DNA from: Bacillota bacterium | GTDB lineage: Bacteria > Bacillota > DTU030 > DUMP01 | DNA length: 64,000 nt | Direction: 5' to 3' | Assembly: GCA_030154105.1 (NCBI GenBank) | Contig: JASKKP010000001.1 | Coordinates: forward strand, 81,967 to 145,966 | Part shown: positions 10,469-19,813 of the stretch, piece after piece | Numbering within the stretch: position 1 is the first letter of the stretch | Layout of the letters: each line of letters begins with the position of its first letter | Notes under the pieces: generated by a model | What the model saw: the letters and a program-made list of their open reading frames with translations, nothing else | The model's database searches: none | What the model was told of the DNA's origin: nothing | Program-made: the position numbers and the translations under genes

Positions 10469-11693
10469 CTGGTTACAGAAAGACGCTGTGGTCCGGGTAG
10501 TGGCGCTCCTCCTCGCTTTCCTCATGTGGCTCTTCGTAGTCAATGAGCAGAACCCCCAGGACACGCGCACCATCCTCGTGACCCCGGAGCTGCGCAATGT
10601 ACCGACGGGGCTAGTGCTTATGTCCGAGGTAAAGCCGGTAACGGTAAAGCTAAAGGGCCGGCGGAGCGAACTTTACGCCACCGGAGGGCCGGAACTGGGG
10701 GCTTACGTAGACCTCACGGCGGCCCAAGAAGGGGAAAAGCCTTATCCCGTGCGCTTAACCAGCGTGCCGCCGGAGGTAGAGCTCGTCCAGATTGTCCCGC
10801 CAGAGGTAACGGTCAGGCTCGAGAGCATAGTGCAGCGGCAGCTTCCTGTGGAACTCGTCCTTCGCGGCACTCCGGCACCCGGCTACGCAGCGGGGCCACC
10901 GGTTTTGAGCCCGGTGCAGGTGCTAATAGAAGGGCCCAGAAGCCGGGTGAAGATGGCCAGCCGGGCCGTCGTGCGCTTGGACACGGAAGGGGCGAAGGAC
11001 AACATCCGGGTGAGCGTGCCGGTACAGATCCTGGACAGTAAGGGGGCGCCGGTGCCGGAGGGCCTCCGGATTAAACCGGAAGTGGTGGATGTCTCCCTGC
11101 CTGTAGCCCGCCTGCCCGCGAAGCTGGTGCCGGTAAAACCCCAGATTATTGGCGAACCTGCCGAAGGATATAAGGTGAGCCAGGTATTGGTGGAGCCGGC
11201 TACCATCATCATCAGCGGTCCGGCGGCCATGCTGGCGGAAATAAACAGCGTTTCAACTATGCCGCTGGACGTCACCGGGGCAAGTACCAACCAGAGCGGT
11301 GACCTGCGCGTGGTACTTCCCCAGGATGTGCGGGCAGAAGTTGAGCGGGTGCGGGTTACAGCGGTGATCGAGCCGAAAACCGTTCAGCGCACGGTCGAAG
11401 GCGTGGAGGTTAAGGTGCACGACCTGGGAGACAAGCTGACGGCGGCGGTGCAGCCGAACACCGTGCGCGTCACCGTGGCCGGTTTGTACCAGAACGTAAA
11501 CTGGCTTACAGCGGGCGACCTTACCGCTTACGTAAGCGCCCGGGAGCTCACCAGCGGAGAACACGAACTGGAGGTAAAATTGGTGCTGCCCGAGGCGGTA
11601 AGAAGGGTAGCTGTGGAGCCGCCGAAGGTTAAGCTGATCGTGAAGCCGGCGGAAGCGTCGCCTGAGGAAAAGAAAACGGAGGGAAAAAGTTAA
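10461..11693 (+). CDS. cdaR: CdaR/YbbR regulator of diadenylate cyclase
   Basis: N-terminal TM followed by repeated YbbR-like beta domains; position between cdaA and glmM. Confidence 0.9.
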   Translation: MDNWLQKDAVVRVVALLLAFLMWLFVVNEQNPQDTRTILVTPELRNVPTGLVLMSEVKPVTVKLKGRRSELYATGGPELGAYVDLTAAQEGEKPYPVRLTSVPPEVELVQIVPPEVTVRLESIVQRQLPVELVLRGTPAPGYAAGPPVLSPVQVLIEGPRSRVKMASRAVVRLDTEGAKDNIRVSVPVQILDSKGAPVPEGLRIKPEVVDVSLPVARLPAKLVPVKPQIIGEPAEGYKVSQVLVEPATIIISGPAAMLAEINSVSTMPLDVTGASTNQSGDLRVVLPQDVRAEVERVRVTAVIEPKTVQRTVEGVEVKVHDLGDKLTAAVQPNTVRVTVAGLYQNVNWLTAGDLTAYVSARELTSGEHELEVKLVLPEAVRRVAVEPPKVKLIVKPAEASPEEKKTEGKS

Positions 11694-11767
11694 AGTTAAA
11701 GGACTGCAGGGAAAAGTGGACCTTAAAGAAAAGGCTGCTGAGCACACAAAGGGCTAGGAGGATTTTC

Positions 11768-13102
11768 GTGGGCAGGCTTTTTGGCACCGACGGTGTGCGC
11801 GGAGTGGCGAACGCCGACCTTACTCCGGAACTAGCCTTTGCCCTGGGCCGGGCAGGGGCTTATGTGCTGACGGACGGGCGTGAGCGGTCGCGCTTGGTGG
11901 TGGGCCGGGATACCCGCCGGTCCGGCGAGATGTTGGAGGCGGCGCTCACGGCCGGCATTCTCTCGGTGGGCGGCGAGGTTTTGAGCGTGGGCGTGCTACC
12001 TACGCCGGCCATCGCCTACCTCACGCGGGCGCTGGGAGCCGACGCGGGGGTAGTGATCTCTGCCTCGCACAACCCGGTGGAGGACAACGGGATCAAATTT
12101 TTCTCGGCAGAAGGCTATAAGCTTCCCGATGCCACCGAGGACCGGATTGAGGCCCTCCTGGGCGAAGCGAACCTTCCGCGGCCCACCGGCGCCGGGGTGG
12201 GGATAAGGCGGAGCGTGGCAGATGCGGGTGAAATGTATCTTAAACACCTGCGCGAGACACTCGGCGCGGATCTTTCCGGCCTCAAGATTGTAGTGGACGT
12301 GGCCCACGGCGCGGCGTACCAAGTGGCGCCCGAGCTGCTGCGTTGCCTCGGGGCAGAGCTTACCGTCTTGAACGACGCTCCTACGGGTGTTAATATTAAC
12401 GTAAATTGCGGCTCCACACACCCGGAAGGACTGCAAAAAGCGGTGCGGGAACTTAAGGCGGATGTGGGACTCGCCTTCGACGGCGATGCCGACCGCCTTA
12501 TCGCCGTGGACGAGCGAGGGGAAGTAGTGGACGGCGACCAGATCATGGCCGTCCTGGCGCTGGCGCAGAAGGAGAAGGGTCGGCTCAAGGGGGAGGGGCT
12601 GGTGGCCACCTCTATGAGCAACATGGGGCTGGAGCTGGTCCTTAAAAAACACGGCCTCCTTCTCGTGCGCACGCAGGTGGGCGACCGGTACGTGCTGGAA
12701 GAGCTCTTAAACCGCGGTTGGAACTTGGGCGGCGAGCAGTCCGGCCACATCATCAACCTGAACTACAACACCACGGGCGACGGCCTGAGCACGGCGCTCC
12801 AACTCCTCGCCGTGCTGGTAGAAAAGAAAGTGCCGCTTTCCGACCTGGCGGCGATCATGCCGCGCCTGCCGCAGCTCATGGTGAACGTTCCCGTGCGCCA
12901 GAAAGAAGGCTGGAAGGAGAATACGAAAATAGCGGCGGCCGTTGCCGGAGCGGAAAAGGCGCTAAAAGGACGCGGCCGCGTGGTGGTCCGGCCGTCGGGC
13001 ACGGAGCCCCTGATGCGCGTCATGGTCGAAGGGGAAGATGCGGGATTGCTGCGCCAGATCGCTGAGGAAATCGCGGCCGTAATCGCGGCCGAGCTGGGTT
13101 AA
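11768..13102 (+). CDS. glmM: Phosphoglucosamine mutase
   Basis: FGTDGVRG, ISASHNP, DGDADR, GGEQSGH, RPSGTEP. Confidence 0.97.
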   Translation: MGRLFGTDGVRGVANADLTPELAFALGRAGAYVLTDGRERSRLVVGRDTRRSGEMLEAALTAGILSVGGEVLSVGVLPTPAIAYLTRALGADAGVVISASHNPVEDNGIKFFSAEGYKLPDATEDRIEALLGEANLPRPTGAGVGIRRSVADAGEMYLKHLRETLGADLSGLKIVVDVAHGAAYQVAPELLRCLGAELTVLNDAPTGVNINVNCGSTHPEGLQKAVRELKADVGLAFDGDADRLIAVDERGEVVDGDQIMAVLALAQKEKGRLKGEGLVATSMSNMGLELVLKKHGLLLVRTQVGDRYVLEELLNRGWNLGGEQSGHIINLNYNTTGDGLSTALQLLAVLVEKKVPLSDLAAIMPRLPQLMVNVPVRQKEGWKENTKIAAAVAGAEKALKGRGRVVVRPSGTEPLMRVMVEGEDAGLLRQIAEEIAAVIAAELG

Positions 13103-13289
13103 GAGGTGCGCTTGTGCCCCCCGGTTAAGTTAAGCGGGAGCAAAAGGAGGCCCGAGCGCCCGCCCTGACGGCACTGCCGGTGATATGGATGCTCCACGTG
13201 AAGGAGGTGATGCTGCGCGGCGAAAAACGGGCATGAAAATGGAAAAGGAGGGGTGCGACAAGGACGAAAAACCTGTAGCGGAAAACAGT

Positions 13290-13457
13290 CAAAGCGCCAG
13301 GACTCCCCGGCGACGTTCGGCCGAAAGGAAATCGGCCCTCGGGGAGTTGACGAGGAAGGGGTTTATCGAAGTTTTCGGCGGATGCCCCTCGGGCCTTCAC
13401 CGCCCGTAAGGCTTTCCTAAAATCCCGGGAGCGATCCCGGGGACAAAGGGAAAGCCA
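13290..13457 (+). ncRNA. glmS ribozyme (GlcN6P-activated riboswitch)
   Basis: AGCGCCAGGACT...AGTTGACGAGGAAGGGGTTTATCGAAGTTTTCGGCGGATGCCCC matches the conserved core; lies upstream of glmS. Confidence 0.95.
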
Positions 13458-13568
13458 GGTGAAGAAGGGTATACTGTGCCCCACAGGGGGTATGTTTCTC
13501 ATCCTTCCGGTTTTGCGTCGGCCCGGAAGGCAAGGTTAAGTTTTGCCTTTAACAAGGAGGTTAACCCT

Positions 13569-15392
13569 ATGTGCGGCATCGTCGGCTATATCGGTTACCG
13601 TAAAGCCGTGCCCATATTGATTGAAGGCTTGAAGAAACTTGAGTACCGGGGGTATGATTCCGCCGGGGTAGCCGCCGTAGTAGACGGCGGGATCTGGCTG
13701 GAGAAAGCCGTGGGGCGCCTGAGCGTGGTGGCCGAGCGCGTGCGGGAAAAAGACCTTCCCGCCCGGGTGGGCATCGGGCACACCCGCTGGGCCACGCACG
13801 GACGCCCTTCCGACGTGAACGCCCATCCCCATACCGACTGCACCGGCCGCTTTGCCGTTGCCCATAACGGGATCATCGAAAACTACGCCGAACTCAAGGC
13901 CGAGCTGGAAGAGAAGGGGCACACCTTTAAATCCCAAACCGACACCGAGGTTTTGGCCCATCTTCTCGAGGAGCTGTATAGGGGCGACCTGGTGCAGGCG
14001 GTGCGGCAGATGGCAGCCCGCCTGGAGGGGTCTTACGCCCTGGCCATCCTTTCGGCCGACGAGCCGGATAAAGTGGTGGCCGTGCGCAAAGACAGCCCGC
14101 TCATTGTGGGCCTGGGCCGGGGCGAGAACTTCCTCGCGTCCGACATTCCGGCCATTCTCGAACACACCCGCGAGGTATACATCCTGCAAAACGGCGACAT
14201 GGCCGTTCTTACCGCCGAAGGCGTGGAGCTAACGGACACCAAGGGCCTTCCCGTTCAGCGGGAAATTTTCCACGTGAAATGGGACCCGGTCCAGGCGGAA
14301 AAAGGCGGCTACGACCACTTCATGCTTAAAGAAATCTTCGAGCAACCCCGGGCCCTGCGCGATACCATGGCCGGCCGGCTGAAGAACGGCCATGTAGAGC
14401 TCAGTGAGGTCAATATCGACGACGAGGCCATACGCGCCCTGCCTAAGATTTTCATTGTGGCCTGCGGCACCGCCTACCACGCCGGATTGGTGGGTAAGTA
14501 CGTCTTGGAGAAGCTGGCCCGCATCCCGGTGGAGGTGGACATCGCCTCCGAATTCCGCTACCGCGAACCGCTCCTTCGCCCCGAGGACTTGGTGATCATC
14601 ATCAGCCAGTCCGGCGAGACGGCCGATACCTTGGCCGCCCTGCGCGAGGCGAAGAAGGTAGGGAGCCGGATCCTGGCCATCACCAACGTGGTGGGAAGCT
14701 CGGTGGCCCGCGAGGCGGACGACGTCATCTACACTTGGGCCGGCCCCGAGATCGCCGTGGCTTCGACCAAGGCTTATACCACGCAGGTGCTCTCGCTCGT
14801 CATGCTGGCCGTGCGCTTCGGTTTGGCGCGCGGTACGCTCGGCGCGGAGGAAGCGGAAAGAATTACTGCGGCTCTCCGGCTCCTTCCAGACCAAGTCCAA
14901 AAGATCCTGGAGCAGGCGCCCACCGTTAAGGCGCTGGCCGAGAAAGTGGCGCGGAGCGAACACGCCTTCTTCATCGGCCGGAGCATCGATTACGGCGTGG
15001 CCATGGAAGGAGCGCTCAAGCTCAAGGAGATCTCCTATCTCCACGCCGAAGCCTACGCGGCCGGCGAGCTCAAACACGGCACGCTGGCCCTCATCACCCG
15101 GGGTGTGCCGGTGATCGCCTTAGCCACGCAGCCGGACATCTACGAAAAGATGCTGAGCAACATCCAGGAAGTCAAGGCGCGCGAAGGCCACGTCATCGCC
15201 GTCGCCCACGAGGGCGACCGCGGAATTGCCCGCCTGGCCGACGAGGTCTTTTACATCCCGCGCACGGTCAAGGCCGCTTCCGCCATTCTCACGGTCGTCC
15301 CGCTCCAACTCCTGGCCTACTATGCCGCCGTCGCCCGCGGCTGCGACGTCGACAAACCGAGAAACCTGGCCAAGAGCGTGACGGTGGAGTAG
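13569..15392 (+). CDS. glmS: Glutamine-fructose-6-phosphate aminotransferase
   Basis: MCGIVG start, HTRWATHG, SQSGETADT, C-terminal DKPRNLAKSVTVE; AAGGAGG RBS. Confidence 0.98.
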   Translation: MCGIVGYIGYRKAVPILIEGLKKLEYRGYDSAGVAAVVDGGIWLEKAVGRLSVVAERVREKDLPARVGIGHTRWATHGRPSDVNAHPHTDCTGRFAVAHNGIIENYAELKAELEEKGHTFKSQTDTEVLAHLLEELYRGDLVQAVRQMAARLEGSYALAILSADEPDKVVAVRKDSPLIVGLGRGENFLASDIPAILEHTREVYILQNGDMAVLTAEGVELTDTKGLPVQREIFHVKWDPVQAEKGGYDHFMLKEIFEQPRALRDTMAGRLKNGHVELSEVNIDDEAIRALPKIFIVACGTAYHAGLVGKYVLEKLARIPVEVDIASEFRYREPLLRPEDLVIIISQSGETADTLAALREAKKVGSRILAITNVVGSSVAREADDVIYTWAGPEIAVASTKAYTTQVLSLVMLAVRFGLARGTLGAEEAERITAALRLLPDQVQKILEQAPTVKALAEKVARSEHAFFIGRSIDYGVAMEGALKLKEISYLHAEAYAAGELKHGTLALITRGVPVIALATQPDIYEKMLSNIQEVKAREGHVIAVAHEGDRGIARLADEVFYIPRTVKAASAILTVVPLQLLAYYAAVARGCDVDKPRNLAKSVTVE

Positions 15393-15836
15393 AGGCACAT
15401 TACCTACCTACTGACTCGTGCTGGCCGCTACAACTGATACGTGGTAATCTGGGCGGAAACGGGACCAGCCGATTAGTGAGAAAGCCCCGGGGGACCGCTG
15501 CGAGAAGCAGTGCACCCCGGGGTACCTCTTTATTCCTGAATAATGGCCCAACCATTTATGTTCTCGAGCGAAGTACCAAGTCGTTTCTCCCTCCGGCAGG
15601 ATTTCTCTACCGGTCAGCGAAAGAATCGAGTGAATATGGTTCTCGAGAAAGCTTATACCTAACGGGAAGGGGTCTAACGTGGCTTCTCAACATCTTCGAC
15701 AATCGGATTAAGCTTTTCCATTTTCGGCACCAAGGTTTCTTAAGGGACCCTAGCTGGATGTGAGTAGTGGCCGGGAGGAAAGGTTTATCCGACTGTCAAG
15801 CTCGCTCTTACGGATCTGAAAAGGCTAGTTGAAGGA

Positions 15837-16874
15837 GTGAACGAAGTGGACAACGCTATGCCGGAAATAGAAGATTACAGGAGGCTTTATCAGGCGGCAG
15901 AAGACTTTAAGCAGCTTGCGTGCTGGCAGTGGATGAGCGATATCGATATTTTCGGGGTACAAGATCCGGTTAGTGGGGAAATCGGTTACTGCAGCGTACT
16001 GGGTGCGGATGGCAGGCTTTTCGGTCTGGCCGTGTACCCTGGTGATGAAGGGTTTGCCTCCCTGCAAAGCGTCCTGGAACAAGGAGAACCAGAACCAAAC
16101 GATCCAGATTTCGGGCTGACCCAAAGATCTCTGCTTGTTACTTTTGGGAACAGGGAGGAACTAACAAAAAGGGATCTTGACATAATTAAAATGCTAGGAC
16201 TAAAGTTTCGTGGTCGGAACCAATGGCCACTCTTTAGGAGTTTTCTACCCGGCTACCATCCCTGGTATCTCGATCAAGCTGAAGTACGGTTTCTTACTAT
16301 TTGCTTGCAACAGGCCCAGGAGGTAGCATTTGCCTGCCGAGAAAACCCAAATTATCTCCTGCTGAATGAATCTGAGTATCTAGTCCGGGTTCCAGAATCA
16401 CGAGAAGCCGGATTGAACTGGAGCAACAAGCATATTTGCCCGCGCCCAGCTCCGGTGGAAAAACCGCGGCTTGCAGTGGACCGAAAACTAGTGCAAGCCA
16501 TTAAGGCGTCTTGCAAAGCAAGTGACCAAGTCTGGGAAGTAGATGCCTCGTTTGCACCGGTCCCCATACAAGAGGACAGAAACTCACGACCCTACTATCC
16601 GCGGCTTTTTCTTTGCGGCGATACTAAGAACGGTCTTATTATAGGCTATGATATGTTTAAACCCCAAGACTTGCCGAGAGAAATCCAAGAAAGATTTCTC
16701 CAGGTTGTAGCAGAAACGAAGACAATTCCGCAGCTTATAGCAACCCAAAATGCTGTCACCAGGGCGGCTCTGAGGCCGTTGGCGCAGAAGTTAGGCTTCG
16801 CTTTGGCAAAGGTCCGCGGTTTAGCCATTATAGGCGCCATTCGTGAGGAGATGCTACGCCGTTTCGGCGTCTAG
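15837..16874 (+). CDS. Uncharacterised 345-aa protein (resembles DUF7309/DUF6930-type proteins from memory; unverified)
   Basis: Long ORF with GAAGGAG RBS; W-x-W...F-GVQDP-SGEIGYCSVLG...GLAVY-G motif; decayed paralog at 24.85-25.1 kb. Confidence 0.7.
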   Translation: MNEVDNAMPEIEDYRRLYQAAEDFKQLACWQWMSDIDIFGVQDPVSGEIGYCSVLGADGRLFGLAVYPGDEGFASLQSVLEQGEPEPNDPDFGLTQRSLLVTFGNREELTKRDLDIIKMLGLKFRGRNQWPLFRSFLPGYHPWYLDQAEVRFLTICLQQAQEVAFACRENPNYLLLNESEYLVRVPESREAGLNWSNKHICPRPAPVEKPRLAVDRKLVQAIKASCKASDQVWEVDASFAPVPIQEDRNSRPYYPRLFLCGDTKNGLIIGYDMFKPQDLPREIQERFLQVVAETKTIPQLIATQNAVTRAALRPLAQKLGFALAKVRGLAIIGAIREEMLRRFGV

Positions 16875-16889
16875 GGTGAACATCTGTTC

Positions 16890-17070
16890 ACCGCGCAGAA
16901 AGTCGGCCCGGCCGCCTTAGAGCAGGCGAAAACCTGAGCTGGCTCTTCGCGCGGCCGCCAGAGCCTCCTCGTACTCTTTTGGCGTTGTACGCCGCCCCGA
17001 TCTCAGCGTAGCGGTAGGCGAGGTCTGTCTTAATACGGGCATGGCCCACACAGGTCATTAGGACGAAGAG
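16890..17070 (-). pseudogene. Possible relic of the C-terminus of a PflX-like radical SAM gene
   Basis: Minus strand, across a frameshift, reads LFVLM...LAYRYAEIG / TPKEYEEALAAARRA, resembling the YPEI-R--T--EY-EA---AR C-terminal pattern. Confidence 0.35.
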
Positions 17071-17205
17071 CTATTTAAGTAAGGAAGGGATCTGGCGGTA
17101 TTTGACGAATATTCAAAAGGGAAATTTTCCTGAATACCGAATTGGTACGAAAGATGGTCTTTCCCCAAAGCCTAATACCATCAATAGAGGGAGGAATTAT
17201 ACCAC

Positions 17206-19095
17206 TTGGCACAATTGCTGCACTCTATATTCCCGATTATGAGAGCCATTAATGACCCGTCACTGGGAAACATTCTCCCCATTTTTTGGATTGCGGTTGC
17301 AGCTATAGGATCTAGTGCCATTCTAATGCTTTATCTTGTTGACATAAACAAATGTCTTACTACCTTGAACGCTGCGTACCAGGCGGTTAAAGAGTATGGA
17401 CAGGCAGGTAGTGCCGCTCAATATTCCACCCTTTTTCGCCGTCTTGAGCAAGTGTTGGGGCAGCCATGGTCTGAATTTCAAAGAAATCTAGTTCATTGGA
17501 AGACACCAGAGGGCGAAACGATTACGACGCCGCTAGATGTGTCCAATTTCCTGAATGAAGATACTCTTTTCAGTGCCCGGATGAACCGAGCCTTTTACGC
17601 GGCCGTACCAGGTTTGTTAACTGGGTGGGGAATACTCGGAACATTTGTTGGGCTTACTTTAGGCCTCCAAGGTCTCTCGCTTGAAGGGCACAATGTGGAA
17701 GCGCTCAGAGCAGGTGTTCAGGGGTTACTATCCGGAATGGATGTTGCTTTTACTAGTTCACTGTGGGGAATCTTGTTTTCCATAATTCTTTCCGTCATAG
17801 AGAAAGTGCAGGACCATAGAGTTCAGCGTATAATCAAAGAACTGCAAAAAGCTCTGGGCAATGTGGTGCCATATAGGTCGACGGAAACATGGTTGGCGGA
17901 TGTTCTATGGGAGGCCCAACAACAGACGACAGAGTTGAAGAATTTTAACGAGCAATTAGCGATAGACATTGCGGCCGCGTTAGAAGAAAGACTCGCTGAA
18001 CGGTTAACACCTGCGCTAGAAAAGCTGCTCGAGGCTATTGACGACTTGACTCAGACCGGTTCAGCTGAAGTTGGGAGAGCAATCAGCAACCAAGCAGGCG
18101 AGGCCTTAAGTGGATTGGCTAAAGTGATGGAGAAAGTTAGTGCGACAATGGCTGAGGTAACCGATAAATCAAAACTATCACAGGAAAGCCTCTATCAAGC
18201 AATGCAACAGAACATCGAGGACCTAAGAGACGGCGTGGGAGCTACGTTGGAGATGCTAAGGCGGCAGCAGGTATCTGTCGGTGATAAAGTTGAAGAGTTG
18301 CTAATCCGTATGGCTGCGCGTATAGAAGACAGTATGGATAAACATCAGACCCTGATTCAAAACATAACATCTGCTACGGGCGAAGAGTTGACGAACCAGA
18401 TTAAGAAAGTCACCGAAGAGGTTAATGATTTAGTGGGGATCCTAAGTGAGCGGTCAATTTCTGTTTCTCATGAAGTTGGAAAACAACTTACGACTGTCTC
18501 CAATATGGTCAAAGGTGTTGCAGTTGACATAACGAACCGGTACGAGGCGGAGCACCAACGTATCAGCGAGCTATTAGCAGGGTTGGAGTCTGCTAGCCAT
18601 CAGGTTAGTATAGTCATCGCTGGCGCAAAAGAGGCGGCTGCAGCATTTCAAGAGAGTGCCAATTCGGTGTTATCGGTCACTAACGAATTAAGACAAGCTT
18701 CCGCGGAGATATTTACTACCTATTCTGGCCACGCCAGCTTGGTGAACAGAGTCCAAGCGCAACTGGAAGAATACTGTAAAACAACGGAAAGCATTCTGAA
18801 CCAGATAACCGAAGCACTCGAAGTTACTCGTAGGTCTTGGGCAGCATACGAGAGTAGATTTGAAGGGCTCAGAAAAGATTTAGAAACCGTATTTGATGAG
18901 CTGGCCAAGGGCCTGCAAGAGTATAGTTCAAAGACGAACGAAGGAGTCGAGGAGTTTTTAAGAAGTTTGGACAAGTATATCTCTGAAATTGTGAACCTGC
19001 TCACTGGTGCAATAGAAGAACTAAAGGATGTGACGAGCGAGTTACCAGAGGCTGCTGAAGAGCTAAAGGCTGCGCTTATGTCGAGACCAGCTTGA
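17206..19095 (+). CDS. zorA: Zorya ZorA (MotA/ExbB-like membrane protein with long helical tail)
   Basis: PGLLTGWGILGTFVGL-GL and AFTSSLWGI TM motifs followed by ~420-aa coiled-coil tail; first gene of the operon. Confidence 0.9.
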   Translation: MAQLLHSIFPIMRAINDPSLGNILPIFWIAVAAIGSSAILMLYLVDINKCLTTLNAAYQAVKEYGQAGSAAQYSTLFRRLEQVLGQPWSEFQRNLVHWKTPEGETITTPLDVSNFLNEDTLFSARMNRAFYAAVPGLLTGWGILGTFVGLTLGLQGLSLEGHNVEALRAGVQGLLSGMDVAFTSSLWGILFSIILSVIEKVQDHRVQRIIKELQKALGNVVPYRSTETWLADVLWEAQQQTTELKNFNEQLAIDIAAALEERLAERLTPALEKLLEAIDDLTQTGSAEVGRAISNQAGEALSGLAKVMEKVSATMAEVTDKSKLSQESLYQAMQQNIEDLRDGVGATLEMLRRQQVSVGDKVEELLIRMAARIEDSMDKHQTLIQNITSATGEELTNQIKKVTEEVNDLVGILSERSISVSHEVGKQLTTVSNMVKGVAVDITNRYEAEHQRISELLAGLESASHQVSIVIAGAKEAAAAFQESANSVLSVTNELRQASAEIFTTYSGHASLVNRVQAQLEEYCKTTESILNQITEALEVTRRSWAAYESRFEGLRKDLETVFDELAKGLQEYSSKTNEGVEEFLRSLDKYISEIVNLLTGAIEELKDVTSELPEAAEELKAALMSRPA

Positions 19096-19096
19096 T

Positions 19097-19813
19097 GTGC
19101 TGGAGGTGTTAGAGGTGCGTTTAGGCCGGAAAAGATACATTGAGAATTCCTCTGGAGAAACAGATTACTCCTTATCAATTAGCGATTTGATGTCCGCCTT
19201 ACTGGCGATCTTTGTACTGGCATTAACATATTACATTTTGAGCTACAGCCAGGCCAGGGCCCAACTCGTCGAAAACCAAGATAAACGATCCGAGATATTA
19301 CAAATGTTGCAAGCTGAGCTTAAAGCCCAGGGCATTAACGTTGAAGTGGACTACAAACACGGCATATTGCGCTTGCCAGAGGGGATTTTGTTTGCAAAAG
19401 GTGACGCCGAACTCAATGAATCAGGAAAGCAGGTAATCGCAATTCTGGCGCCGGCATTGTTAAGAGTGCTAGAACAGCCTACGTATGCTACAAGCGTGGA
19501 AACTATTTTTATAGAAGGACACACTGACAGTGACCCTATTAGAGGAGGAAAGTATAAATCCAATTGGGAGCTGTCAACACAACGGGCAATCAATACCTGG
19601 CGCCAAATGAGAGAAACTGAACCTAAACTGGAAACTCTAGTAAACGCTTTAGACGAACCTGTGTTTTCGGTAAGCGGTTACGCCGATCGCCGACCAGTAG
19701 CGCTTGGCGACAGTGAAGAAGCTAAGGCGAAGAACCGGAGGATTGATTTAAGGTTTTCCATGACTCCTCCTCGCTCTGAAAACGGTCCTGAGCGTCAGGG
19801 AGGGGAACCATGA
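19097..19813 (+). CDS. zorB: Zorya ZorB (MotB/OmpA-like)
   Basis: SISDLMSALL TM with conserved Asp; OmpA-like IEGHTD, NWELSTQRA, NRRIDL. Confidence 0.92.
   Translation: MLEVLEVRLGRKRYIENSSGETDYSLSISDLMSALLAIFVLALTYYILSYSQARAQLVENQDKRSEILQMLQAELKAQGINVEVDYKHGILRLPEGILFAKGDAELNESGKQVIAILAPALLRVLEQPTYATSVETIFIEGHTDSDPIRGGKYKSNWELSTQRAINTWRQMRETEPKLETLVNALDEPVFSVSGYADRRPVALGDSEEAKAKNRRIDLRFSMTPPRSENGPERQGGEP

Noticed and set aside
13200-13240. Tiny ORF MLRGEKRA after AAGGAGGTG upstream of the glmS ribozyme
   Set aside because: The RBS directly abuts the ATG with no spacer, and there is no other support
15415-15462. Possible Tn7 end (TGCTGGCCGCTACAAC; TCTGGGCGGAAA resembles TGTGGGCGGACA)
   Set aside because: No TGT terminus, no repeated TnsB sites and no matching right end or 5-bp duplication; too weak to call
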